Positions 1 through 9,436 of a stretch of 64,000 nt of DNA are shown here, in pieces (positions within the stretch are counted from its first letter, which is position 1; every line of letters starts with the position of its first letter). The DNA is from an uncultured Nitrososphaeria archaeon (GTDB lineage Archaea; Thermoproteota; Nitrososphaeria; Geothermarchaeales; JDFR-13). The stretch covers positions 2,245-66,244 of the forward strand of contig CAZGXJ010000003.1 in assembly GCA_964529905.1 (NCBI GenBank). The letters are read 5' to 3'. The position numbers were made by a program, and so were the translations under genes. The notes under the pieces were generated by a model. The model saw only the letters and a program-made list of their open reading frames with translations, made no database searches and was not told the origin of the DNA.

Positions 1-236
1 GACCTTTGGGATATAGATCTTCAAATCTATATCCAGTTATATTCTACTATATCGCCATATTATCTTCACTATATTTAGCTGGATTAAACCTATATTTACC
101 CATAGCAGAAACATTTATATTTCTATTTACGCCACTCCCCACATTTATATACTTAATCTTTAAAGCCAAGTTCTAATAATGACAATTTAAAAATCGATTT
201 GTGAGATTGAGGTATCTAACGGGAAGGTAGAACAAT

Positions 237-2096
237 ATGGCGGAAGAGAAGGTATCTCTAAAGAGGGAGATTGGTTTACTTGGGTCCTTCTCAATGGGTT
301 TTGCAGATGTAGGTGCAGATGTATTTCTAGCGATAGGAATTGTAGCTTTATATGCAGCTGGATTCAGTCCGCTGGCTTTCCTAATAGCATCTATCTGCTA
401 CATAACAACTGGATTGGTATACGCAGAGTTAAGCGAATTATATCCATATGCAGGTGGAGCTCAGGTATATGGGACAAAGGCTGGCGGAGACTTGATGGGC
501 TTCCTAATGGGTTGGGCCATCCTATTGGATTATGTACTGGACATCGGCCTATTCTCAATAGCTAGCGCTGGATACCTATCATTCATATTTCCCTCGATAA
601 AGAATGAATTAACCATTAATATTGGGTCGATGGAGCTGACCCTAAGTAAAATCGGATTAGTGGCATTCATAATCGTACTATTTCTAATTGGGATAAATAT
701 CCTTGGTATTAAGGAGTCGAGCACATTAAACGTAGTCCTCGTATTGATGACAATAATAACTGAATTATCTGTATTAATCCTCGGCTTCCTATTCGCCTTC
801 GACATAGATACATTCCTATCCCAACTAAACTTCTTTGGAAATCCAGAGCATATAAAGTATGTCTCATATACGGGTCTACTAGATATCAAGACTGAAAACT
901 TTATATTTGGAGTTACACTAGCCATGAGTAGCTTTATAGGTATAGAGTCGATAGCCCAAGCAGCGGAGGAGACTAGGAATCCCTGGAAATATCTCCATAG
1001 AGCCTTTAAAATAGGTATAGTATCAGTAATTATATTTACCCTATCCTTTTCAGTCTTGGGGTTAGGTGTCCTAGGCTGGGAGAACCTAGCAAATGAGGCA
1101 TATAATCCAATAGCCAGTATAGCCAGTAGGATACCTATAATAGGTGGGCTATTTTCACTAGCTGTAGCGTTTGTTGCCTTCGCAATAAACATGGTCTCAA
1201 CAAATACAGGTGTTATAGGGGTCTCAAGAGTCACATATAGCATGTCTAGATTCGAGATGTTACCCAAAATATTTAGTAGGTTACATAGGAAAAGGGCAAC
1301 GCCATATATAAGTATCATAATCTTCAGCCTAATAGGTGGGGCATTAGCATTGACGGGTGAGATACACTTCGTAGCTAGTCTATATAATTTTGGGGCGTTA
1401 CTCAGCTACCTACTAGTAAATATAAGCCATATACAGCTTAGGAAGAAGGATAGCGACGCATACAGAAATTGGAAGACCCCACTAAACATTAGATATAATG
1501 GCGTCGAATATAGTTTAATAGCTGTCCTCGGCGTTATAGCAACTGGTATACTCTTCTCACTAGTCATTATATATCACCCAGATGGGAGGTTCCTAGGCAC
1601 TCTATGGATGTTCATAGGATTAATAGCATTCATAACATATAGGAAGTATAGGGGGCAGAGCATCAGGGCATATATAGCTGCAGAGATCATACCGCCTGCA
1701 ACACCACATCTAAGAACTGGAATATTACTAAATCCAGGGATTAAATTAGATAAAGTGGTTGAGGCGATAAAGATACAGCTTCCAAAGATACATAGAATCT
1801 TCCTATTAGGCCAGATAGATATACCTAACGAGATGTCAGATGTAGATATATATAGATTCAGTAGGGATTTCGAGGAGGATATGCGTAGGTTGAATGAGAC
1901 CTTAAGTGAACTTGGATATAAAACAGAGTATAGGTTAGTCTTAGGTGACGGTAAACTCCTACAAGAAGTTATCAAAGAGTTACATATAGATCAATTAGCC
2001 GTTGTAAGGCCTAAAAGAGCCGGTAGAAAGACATATGATAAGAGGAGATCGGTGTTAAACATAGGCGGGCTAGAGGTTATCCATCTATATATATAG
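237..2096 (+). CDS. APC-family amino acid permease with C-terminal soluble (USP-like) domain
   Basis: LKREIG start, many hydrophobic segments, FIGIESIAQAAEET and SRVTYSMSR motifs typical of APC transporters; hydrophilic tail of about 130 aa. Confidence 0.88.
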   Translation: MAEEKVSLKREIGLLGSFSMGFADVGADVFLAIGIVALYAAGFSPLAFLIASICYITTGLVYAELSELYPYAGGAQVYGTKAGGDLMGFLMGWAILLDYVLDIGLFSIASAGYLSFIFPSIKNELTINIGSMELTLSKIGLVAFIIVLFLIGINILGIKESSTLNVVLVLMTIITELSVLILGFLFAFDIDTFLSQLNFFGNPEHIKYVSYTGLLDIKTENFIFGVTLAMSSFIGIESIAQAAEETRNPWKYLHRAFKIGIVSVIIFTLSFSVLGLGVLGWENLANEAYNPIASIASRIPIIGGLFSLAVAFVAFAINMVSTNTGVIGVSRVTYSMSRFEMLPKIFSRLHRKRATPYISIIIFSLIGGALALTGEIHFVASLYNFGALLSYLLVNISHIQLRKKDSDAYRNWKTPLNIRYNGVEYSLIAVLGVIATGILFSLVIIYHPDGRFLGTLWMFIGLIAFITYRKYRGQSIRAYIAAEIIPPATPHLRTGILLNPGIKLDKVVEAIKIQLPKIHRIFLLGQIDIPNEMSDVDIYRFSRDFEEDMRRLNETLSELGYKTEYRLVLGDGKLLQEVIKELHIDQLAVVRPKRAGRKTYDKRRSVLNIGGLEVIHLYI

Positions 2097-2118
2097 GCTG
2101 GGGGAAATGTGATATTTT

Positions 2119-2355
2119 ATGAAGGCTATCGTGTTACTAGTCGTCGAACCAAATAAACTTGATGATGTTAGTAAGAAGCTCGCTAAAATACCTCAGGTGA
2201 CTAAGGTATACGAAGTTACAGGTGAATTCGATGTATTGATAGAGGTAGAGTTTGAAAGTATAGATGTGTTTAGCAATATATTGAAGAATGAGATCCTTAA
2301 AATTAATGGTATCAAAATGACCCAAAGTAGTCTAGTTCTAAGTGAGTGGAAGTGA
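2119..2355 (+). CDS. Lrp/AsnC ligand-binding (RAM) domain protein, no HTH
   Basis: 78 aa with VYEVTGEFDVLIEV signature. Confidence 0.85.
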   Translation: MKAIVLLVVEPNKLDDVSKKLAKIPQVTKVYEVTGEFDVLIEVEFESIDVFSNILKNEILKINGIKMTQSSLVLSEWK

Positions 2356-2768
2356 AGAGGATATTAATCCCCATCGGTCTATATACTAAGCCTTTCCCAT
2401 ATACATTCCTAAAGGAAATATTTAGGGAACCTGGGAAGGTCGAGATAGTATTATTCACTGTTATAACCCTCCCCCCTACAACCTCACTAGAACAGAACGA
2501 CGTAGTTAAACTACCAATTGTAGAGGATCATAAAAGAAAGCTGGATGAAGTATCGAGTTTCTTTAGGGAGATGGGTTTTGAGGTGATTGAGAAGTTGGTC
2601 TTTGCAAGAGATGTGGTTGAAGCCATCTTAAATGAGGTTTTGGAGAATCCATATGACCTACTGGTACTGGTCAAGAGGAAGAATCTCCCTAGATTTATAG
2701 GTAGAAGTATAAGTAGAGCCTTACTACCCAAAGTACATAAGCCTATACTAATACTAACCATGGATTGA
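2352..2768 (+). CDS. Universal stress protein
   Basis: KRILIPI start, YDLLVL and FIGRSISRALL...PILIL end pattern; GTG start overlaps the upstream stop (alternative start 2346). Confidence 0.75.
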   Translation: MKRILIPIGLYTKPFPYTFLKEIFREPGKVEIVLFTVITLPPTTSLEQNDVVKLPIVEDHKRKLDEVSSFFREMGFEVIEKLVFARDVVEAILNEVLENPYDLLVLVKRKNLPRFIGRSISRALLPKVHKPILILTMD

Positions 2769-2769
2769 G

Positions 2770-3384
2770 ATGACTCAAGATATCTCAAAACTCCCCCCAA
2801 TAAAAAAGTATTTTTTATTGGCGAAGTATTATGGTAGGAACCCCACTAGAGGTTTGATATATTGGGGTGGGGAGCCTATATCCATTGAGGATATAGATAG
2901 ATATTCTAAGATACTAAGCGAAATGGATATACGGCTCAAAATATTGGAGGATTTAATCAGGGGAGTTATACCACCAGATGTAATAGCTGATGCGATAGAT
3001 TGGAAGGGATTTGAGGAGTTGGTCTCTCAGATATTTATGCTTTACGGATATAAGGTGGATAAGAATGTTAGGTTTAAGAGGTTTGAGTATGACATATTAG
3101 CCTTCAAGGAAGATATATTATTCTCGATAGATTGTAAACACTGGGACAGGATTATATATCCCTCTATGGCTGAAAAAATCGTGGATAGCCTCATAAGGAG
3201 AACAGTTAAACTGGATATGCTACCTAAATATAGAGGCTATAGAAAGTATGGCTTAGTAGTTACATTGGTTGAGGGTGGTGTATTAAAACATAGGGGAATA
3301 TACTTCATCCCGATTTATTACCTAAAAAACTTTCTCGAGGAGGTATATACATTGATATTTGAGGGGGAGTTGAAGGAGATATAA
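2770..3384 (+). CDS. PD-(D/E)XK nuclease, Mrr-like restriction endonuclease domain
   Basis: WKGFEELV...GY, EYDILA, IDCKHW motifs. Confidence 0.7.
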   Translation: MTQDISKLPPIKKYFLLAKYYGRNPTRGLIYWGGEPISIEDIDRYSKILSEMDIRLKILEDLIRGVIPPDVIADAIDWKGFEELVSQIFMLYGYKVDKNVRFKRFEYDILAFKEDILFSIDCKHWDRIIYPSMAEKIVDSLIRRTVKLDMLPKYRGYRKYGLVVTLVEGGVLKHRGIYFIPIYYLKNFLEEVYTLIFEGELKEI

Positions 3385-3385
3385 A

Positions 3386-3559
3386 CTACCTCGCTTTTAT
3401 ATGTATAGCCATATCCCTCCTAGCCTTCTCAATCACCGGGAATCCACATTCAGGACACTTCAGGTTCCTCTCCTTAGATAATCTCTTAGCTGTAAAGATG
3501 GCTCCACATCTGAGACATCTATATTTTATAGCTGTAGTATCCAATCTAATATTCCTCAT
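3386..3559 (-). CDS. rpoP: DNA-directed RNA polymerase subunit P (Rpo12)
   Basis: Not in the ORF track (57 aa). Translated by hand: MRNIRLDTTAIKYRCLRCGAIF...NLKCPECGFPVIEKARRDMAIHIKAR; Zn ribbon plus typical C-terminus. Confidence 0.85.
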   Translation of the reverse strand: MRNIRLDTTAIKYRCLRCGAIFTAKRLSKERNLKCPECGFPVIEKARRDMAIHIKAR

Positions 3560-3636
3560 CACACATAACTTTATATTGGGGATATATATAAAGACTACTC
3601 TTATTTAACAGCTTTAGAATCTATAGGTGCTTAAAG

Positions 3637-4779
3637 ATGTTGAGGATAGCGGTGTTTACTCCTACTCTAGAGTCGACAATACTTCTATCCCCCATATATA
3701 TAGAAATCAGTAGGTCAGGCCACACAATCCTATTCTACGATGTTGTTGAGGAGTCTGGATGGTTTGAGAAAGGCCTACAATATATATCCCTCGGATATTC
3801 GAAGCCTAGAAGGGTTTTGAGACATATCACTAGTGACTCATTGATAAATGAGGTTGATAGGATAATCTCTAAGGATGAACCAGATATAGCTGTGTTAGCT
3901 GGTTACTCACCAATAACCCTCAAACTCCTTAATATTTTGAAGAGACTTGGTTTAAAGACTATCCATGTGGAGAGTGGCCTGAGAAATTATAAGGAGGGTT
4001 ATTGGGAGGCCTTGAGACAGGCTATCGACTGGTCAAGTAGATTTAACGTGTTACCATCTAAGAGACATTATGAAAACCTTTATTCAGAAGGTTTTCCTAT
4101 GGAGCAGATGTATATAACCGGCTCTTTATATGTAGACAGCATCTTAACTAATCTAAGTGATGCAATAAAGAAGAGCTCTATATTGGAGGAGCTTAACCTC
4201 TATAGGGATAGATATATCTACAGCTATATATCATCGGATATGGCTGTGGAATATTCAAAATATTTGGGTGAGGCCTCAATCAAACTTGACATAGATATAG
4301 TTCTTCCTCTTCGAAGGAGGGTAAAAGATGTTTTGAAGGATGCTGAGCTATACTATAGATTGATGACTGACTACTATGTCATAGCTATTGAGCAGATCGA
4401 CTATCTAGACCACATAAACCTAATATATAACTCATCTGCAGTCATAACCGATGATCCACGTGTTTCACTCGAGTCAGCCATACTTAAAAAAGATGTATAT
4501 ATTCTTGAAGAGTCAAATGACTTATATGGCCTAATAGACCTAGGAGCGGCGAAACCACTCTCAATTAACGAAGATAAAATACTCGATTTAAAGTGGATGG
4601 GGTCTAAGAGAGATATATCACCTATATTTGGAGGTGGAGAGAGTAGATTCCATGTTTTAGATGCTATTGAAGGATTTTCAAATGCATCATATAGGGATGT
4701 GGAGTGGAGAGGCCTTTATCTAAGGAAGAATGGTGAGTTAATCATCTCAGATGTTAAATACAATTTTGAGGGTGTATAG
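3637..4779 (+). CDS. UDP-N-acetylglucosamine 2-epimerase-like protein (divergent)
   Basis: PDIAVLAG, IHVESGLR, ITGS.YVD, VITD motifs; several catalytic motifs altered. Confidence 0.65.
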   Translation: MLRIAVFTPTLESTILLSPIYIEISRSGHTILFYDVVEESGWFEKGLQYISLGYSKPRRVLRHITSDSLINEVDRIISKDEPDIAVLAGYSPITLKLLNILKRLGLKTIHVESGLRNYKEGYWEALRQAIDWSSRFNVLPSKRHYENLYSEGFPMEQMYITGSLYVDSILTNLSDAIKKSSILEELNLYRDRYIYSYISSDMAVEYSKYLGEASIKLDIDIVLPLRRRVKDVLKDAELYYRLMTDYYVIAIEQIDYLDHINLIYNSSAVITDDPRVSLESAILKKDVYILEESNDLYGLIDLGAAKPLSINEDKILDLKWMGSKRDISPIFGGGESRFHVLDAIEGFSNASYRDVEWRGLYLRKNGELIISDVKYNFEGV

Positions 4780-4782
4780 GAA

Positions 4783-5481
4783 TTGGATAATATATTGATA
4801 CTCCTACCAACCTATAACGAGAGGGATAACCTATCAATACTTATCCCACAGATCTTCAGGGAGTATCCGAATATATCTATATTAGTTATAGATGATGATA
4901 GTAGGGATGGTACAGCTGAATTATTAAAGGGTTTCTCAATGGAATTTCAGGGGTTTAGATATATCATTAGGAAGGGTGAGAGGGGACTGGGGACAGCTTT
5001 ACTAAGAGGTTATGAGGAGGCTATAAAATCTGGATATAAATATTTGATCCAGATGGATGCAGACCTCCAGCATGACCCTAAATACATTAGGGATATCTTG
5101 GATAGGCTTATGGATGGATGCGACCTTGTAATTGCCTCTAGATATGTTAGGGGTGGAGGTATTGAGGGGTGGAGCTTTACTAGAAGACTTATAAGTAGAG
5201 TTGCAAATATCTATGGCAGGTTAGTCCTAGGAATAGACATAAAGGATTTGACAAGCGGTTTTAGAGGCTTCAATATAGAGAGTCTAGGGAAAGTATTTAA
5301 TAAGATTAAATATAGTAGGGGTTATGTTATCCAGGTTGAGGTTGTATATAGGTTTAAGGAGGCTGGTATGAAGATATGTGAGGTCCCATTCATCTTTAGG
5401 GAGAGGAAGAGAGGTAAATCCAAATTAGGGTTTTCAACGATTTTAGAGTTCTTTATAAATATTCTCAGGCTTAAATTATAG
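4783..5481 (+). CDS. Polyprenol-phosphate mannosyltransferase (GT2, Dpm1-like)
   Basis: LPTYNERDN, IDDDSRDGT, QMDADLQHDP, DLTSGFR, GKSKL. Confidence 0.9.
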   Translation: MDNILILLPTYNERDNLSILIPQIFREYPNISILVIDDDSRDGTAELLKGFSMEFQGFRYIIRKGERGLGTALLRGYEEAIKSGYKYLIQMDADLQHDPKYIRDILDRLMDGCDLVIASRYVRGGGIEGWSFTRRLISRVANIYGRLVLGIDIKDLTSGFRGFNIESLGKVFNKIKYSRGYVIQVEVVYRFKEAGMKICEVPFIFRERKRGKSKLGFSTILEFFINILRLKL

Positions 5482-5485
5482 TGGA

Positions 5486-6319
5486 ATGAATATATCGATA
5501 GGTTTTATACAGCCTAAAATTAGGTTTGGAGATATAGACTATAACATTGAACGTATAGATACACTTGCATCTAAACTAGATGATTTCGACCTAATTGTTC
5601 TACCTGAACTCGTCTATACAGGATATATATTTCTTAATAGGGAGGAGGCTCTAAGGATTGGGAGGAAGTATAGGGAGAAGATGTATAGCCATATAGAGAA
5701 GTTTTCAGATAGATATTCGGCAGTGGTGGTTGCAGGCTTCCCCGAGGCAACAGATGGTAAGGTATATAACTCAGCCTTTATAGCATATAAGGGTGGTGTC
5801 ATAGATACCTATAGGAAGCTCCATCTATTCTATAGGGAGAAGGAATGGTTTGACCCTGGCGATAAGCCTCTAACTATCTATAAAATAGGGAATATGTTTA
5901 GGCTTGGTGTAATGATATGCTTTGATTGGCGTTTCCCTGAGGTAGCGAGGATACTCTCATTAAAAGGTGCAGATATCATAGCGCATCCCAGTAATCTAGT
6001 ATATGACTATGCATATACCGTAATGTTGGCAAGATCCGTAGAGAATAAGGTATATACGATTACATCTAATAGGGTTGGCATAGATGAGAGGGGTGGGATG
6101 AGGATAAGGTTTAAGGGTATGAGCCAGATAGTCTCTCCGGATATGGAGATACTGTATAGGGGTTATAAGTATAGGGAAGATGCCAAAGTTGTTGAGGTAG
6201 ATGTTAATAGGGCTAGGGACAAGATGGCAACCAAGCTGAACCACCTATTTATGGATAGACGAGTCGAATATTATTCAGATCTCCTTGAGTGGAGGACGGT
6301 GGAGCAGCCGGATGGCTAA
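5486..6319 (+). CDS. Carbon-nitrogen hydrolase (nitrilase superfamily)
   Basis: Glu-Lys-Cys triad motifs VLPEL, YRKLHL, MICFDWRFPE. Confidence 0.9.
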   Translation: MNISIGFIQPKIRFGDIDYNIERIDTLASKLDDFDLIVLPELVYTGYIFLNREEALRIGRKYREKMYSHIEKFSDRYSAVVVAGFPEATDGKVYNSAFIAYKGGVIDTYRKLHLFYREKEWFDPGDKPLTIYKIGNMFRLGVMICFDWRFPEVARILSLKGADIIAHPSNLVYDYAYTVMLARSVENKVYTITSNRVGIDERGGMRIRFKGMSQIVSPDMEILYRGYKYREDAKVVEVDVNRARDKMATKLNHLFMDRRVEYYSDLLEWRTVEQPDG

Positions 6320-7604
6320 AGAACTTGACCATTTCCTAGGAGAGGAATATTTTAGATTAGTAGGTTCAGGTTTTCTAAAGCCAAAGTTATATGATAGTAT
6401 ATGCGTTAGGTGCAGGGGGCGTCTCCTACTATGTGGTAAACCAGTATGCCCAGTTACACTTGAGTTTAAGATATTGCTCGAGTCATATAGGGATCTATAT
6501 AGGGAAAACGTATCTGGTAATAGTCCTCCAAGCGTATTTATTGGGAGATATGGATATCCCAAGGTAAATATGGGTGTTATGACCCCACCAGAGTCTGGAG
6601 ATACATCTATATATGACTATCCTGAGAAGTGGATAGGCCTAAGTCTAGAAGATATTCTAAGGCTTAGGAGTAGATTATTATATGGTTCTAGGAGGATGCA
6701 TATATCAATAGCATCTCGAGGTGATAGGTATTACCAGGAGATACTTGACATATCATTAGCTAGGGTAAGCCCGGAAGTCGAGCTATATTTTGAGAGGAAG
6801 CCTTATAAGACTTTTGAGATTGATGAGGATATAACTCCATTTGGGCCTAGAGCACCTATTAAGAGTATGAGGCTTGGAACTCTTAAGCTTGATTATAGGG
6901 TTGAGAAGATATCATCTGACTATGATATGAAGGCCTCTGAATCAGTTATAAAGCTATATGAACATGGAGTGGAGATTAGTAGGATATCTAAAGTATTTAG
7001 TGTAGGTGGATTCGGCCTAAGGAAGCTCAGAAGATTAGTCCCAACCAGATGGTCTATAACTGCTGTGGATGATATTATTGGACGTTATCTATATAACATA
7101 GTCAAGGATTTGCCATTGATAGACGGTATATATGTATATGAATATAGTGCTTTGGAGAATAGGTATATAGCGATACTATTCCCAAGTAGATGGATGTATG
7201 AATTTATGGAGGCTTGGTATCCGGGGACATTCTGGAATAGGTTGGGTAGTGATGTAGCTGTGGAGGGTGACCATGAATTTGGTAGGCCTAGGTCTGAATA
7301 TGCGGAGATTGGGGGATGCTATTATGCTGCACGCCTAGCTACACTGGAATATCTTAGGAGGATAGGTAGGCAGGCTGGGGTAATAATATTTAGGGAGGCA
7401 TATCCAGGTTACTACTTCCCAGTTGGTGTATGGAGTGTTAGGGAGAGTGTTAGGAAGATGTTTGGGACAAAGCCTATAGAGTTTAAAGACTTTTCAGAGG
7501 CAGTTGAATACATATTTGCTAGGCTTAGAACCCCTAGATATAGATGGAGGAGCAAGATACTTGACCATATTTTCAGGCAGAGGAAATTAACGGAATATAT
7601 GTGA
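6312..7604 (+). CDS. nre: Nre-family archaeal DNA repair protein
   Basis: N-terminal C-xx-C-RGRLLLCG..C, SPPSVFIGRYGYP, LVPTRWSITAVD, GGCYYAARL, C-terminal PIP box QRKLTEY. Confidence 0.9.
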   Translation: MAKELDHFLGEEYFRLVGSGFLKPKLYDSICVRCRGRLLLCGKPVCPVTLEFKILLESYRDLYRENVSGNSPPSVFIGRYGYPKVNMGVMTPPESGDTSIYDYPEKWIGLSLEDILRLRSRLLYGSRRMHISIASRGDRYYQEILDISLARVSPEVELYFERKPYKTFEIDEDITPFGPRAPIKSMRLGTLKLDYRVEKISSDYDMKASESVIKLYEHGVEISRISKVFSVGGFGLRKLRRLVPTRWSITAVDDIIGRYLYNIVKDLPLIDGIYVYEYSALENRYIAILFPSRWMYEFMEAWYPGTFWNRLGSDVAVEGDHEFGRPRSEYAEIGGCYYAARLATLEYLRRIGRQAGVIIFREAYPGYYFPVGVWSVRESVRKMFGTKPIEFKDFSEAVEYIFARLRTPRYRWRSKILDHIFRQRKLTEYM

Positions 7605-7610
7605 TCATAT

Positions 7611-8453
7611 ATGGCGACTAGGAAGCTTAGGTTTGAAGGTAACTACTACTTCCATGAGACCCCCCTACCCGAGATGGATTATAGTATAAATCCGTATTTT
7701 GGATGTGAAGTTGGATGTAAGTATTGCTACACAATATACTATCTAAAGATTAGGGGGTTGGAAGATAGATGGGGGAGTTATGTCGAGGCCAAGGTTTATC
7801 TCCCTAGGATCCTAGCTAGGAATCTACATAAGTTTAAGAAGGGGGCCGTTATAGGTATCGGAACGGCTACAGATCCGTATCAACCTTGGGAGGCTAAACT
7901 TATGCTTACGAGGAGGATATTAAAGATTTTGAGGAGGAGGGGAGATCTACATCTATCTATCCAGACTAGATATCCCCTTATACTCAGGGATATCGATATC
8001 ATCGTTAGTGGTCCTAGTGATGTAGGGACATCTATACCGTCTATGGATAAGAGGTTTAGGGAGGTTTTCGAGCCCAGAGTTCCAAGTCCATATGCCAGGT
8101 TTAAGATGTTGGAGAGGTTCTCAGAATTAGGTGTAGAGACATGGATATATATCGCTCCTATCATCCCATATGTAAATGATTCTCCTGAGAACTTCGAGGA
8201 GATAGTTAGTAACGCGGTTAGATATGGTGTAGATACCATTTATACAGATATTTTTAGGACTAGGATAGGTGTTAAAAAGATTTTTATGGAGGCTCTCGAA
8301 GCATTTGATAGTGAGTTGGCAGTTAAATATCGTGGGTTAAATAGGAGGGATCTCTTTAAGAGGTATGAGGAGATGGTTCCGAAATATAGGGCTATAGCTA
8401 GTTCCTATGGAATAAAATATATAGATGCTATGCCCATGATGTTTAACTATTGA
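7611..8453 (+). CDS. Radical SAM protein, SplB/spore-photoproduct-lyase-like family
   Basis: INPYFGCEVGCKYC (CxxxCxxC), TATDPYQPWE, FEPRVPSP. Confidence 0.85.
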   Translation: MATRKLRFEGNYYFHETPLPEMDYSINPYFGCEVGCKYCYTIYYLKIRGLEDRWGSYVEAKVYLPRILARNLHKFKKGAVIGIGTATDPYQPWEAKLMLTRRILKILRRRGDLHLSIQTRYPLILRDIDIIVSGPSDVGTSIPSMDKRFREVFEPRVPSPYARFKMLERFSELGVETWIYIAPIIPYVNDSPENFEEIVSNAVRYGVDTIYTDIFRTRIGVKKIFMEALEAFDSELAVKYRGLNRRDLFKRYEEMVPKYRAIASSYGIKYIDAMPMMFNY

Positions 8454-9436
8454 TTCTCTAAGTATGATAGAATCTTCTTGACATATCTATTTATAGCTTC
8501 CAATCCATGACTAGTCCTAACTATTTTTGATAGGAATCTTTCTCCATCCTCCATAACTACATCTCTATAATATTTAAGGAAATATTCCCCAGACTTTGTT
8601 AGATATGTATCAATATTTATCCCACTATCTTTAATCACTTCTCCATAGATATATCCAATTATATGTGGTAATGTTATTAGATATGCCATCGCATATTCAT
8701 GTATATCTAAGTCACTATATATTACTCTAAAACCCATCTCTCTAAATAGATCCGCTATTGTCGATGCTTCATCCATCCTATCTTCTATAGGAATTATGAT
8801 TATCCTCTCCCCATGATGTGTTGAGATGTTTGGCCCGAATAATGGATGTATGCTACATACATTTACATAGTGTGGGAAGCTCTTCAATATATTTATTACC
8901 TCATCCTTTATAGTCGCTATATCAAAGATATATTTATCTCTGAAACCATACCTAACTATGAGAGACTTAATTCTTTTTAAAACGTTGGATATGCTATATA
9001 GATCTGTAGCTACCATTATGTATTCAGACTTATCCAACAATTCATTCATCGATTTACATATCTTCCCTTTTTCACTATCGTATTTCTTCGGGTCTATATC
9101 GTAGATATATACATCTAGATATTCCCGAAATATTCTAGTGAATAATTTACCCATCCTCCCATATCCAATTATCCCTATTGAGCCATCCAATCTATTGGGT
9201 ATATAATGCCTCTCCTGAATCCTCTTTGAATGCTCCAATATCTTCTTAAATATTTCTCTATATATCCCTGCTTTATTTAGAATCTCCTCCTCCCGCTTTA
9301 TATCCTCTATTGGTATGCCTAAATTCCTCTTAATCCTTCCTATTTCACTGGCTATAGCCATCCTCCTATCTAGAAGCTCTAAAATTTTCTCGTCTATCTT
9401 ATCTATCTCATTCCTAAGTTTTTTAAGGTTATCCAT
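8447..9436 (-). CDS. tyrA: Chorismate mutase / prephenate dehydrogenase fusion
   Basis: AroQ domain LRNEIDKIDEKILELL..R, then Rossmann GIIGYGRMG and SIHPLFGP. Confidence 0.85.
   Translation of the reverse strand: MDNLKKLRNEIDKIDEKILELLDRRMAIASEIGRIKRNLGIPIEDIKREEEILNKAGIYREIFKKILEHSKRIQERHYIPNRLDGSIGIIGYGRMGKLFTRIFREYLDVYIYDIDPKKYDSEKGKICKSMNELLDKSEYIMVATDLYSISNVLKRIKSLIVRYGFRDKYIFDIATIKDEVINILKSFPHYVNVCSIHPLFGPNISTHHGERIIIIPIEDRMDEASTIADLFREMGFRVIYSDLDIHEYAMAYLITLPHIIGYIYGEVIKDSGINIDTYLTKSGEYFLKYYRDVVMEDGERFLSKIVRTSHGLEAINRYVKKILSYLENQ

Noticed and set aside
2770..3384. Restriction-modification system
   Set aside because: A single Mrr-like nuclease in housekeeping context with no methyltransferase nearby
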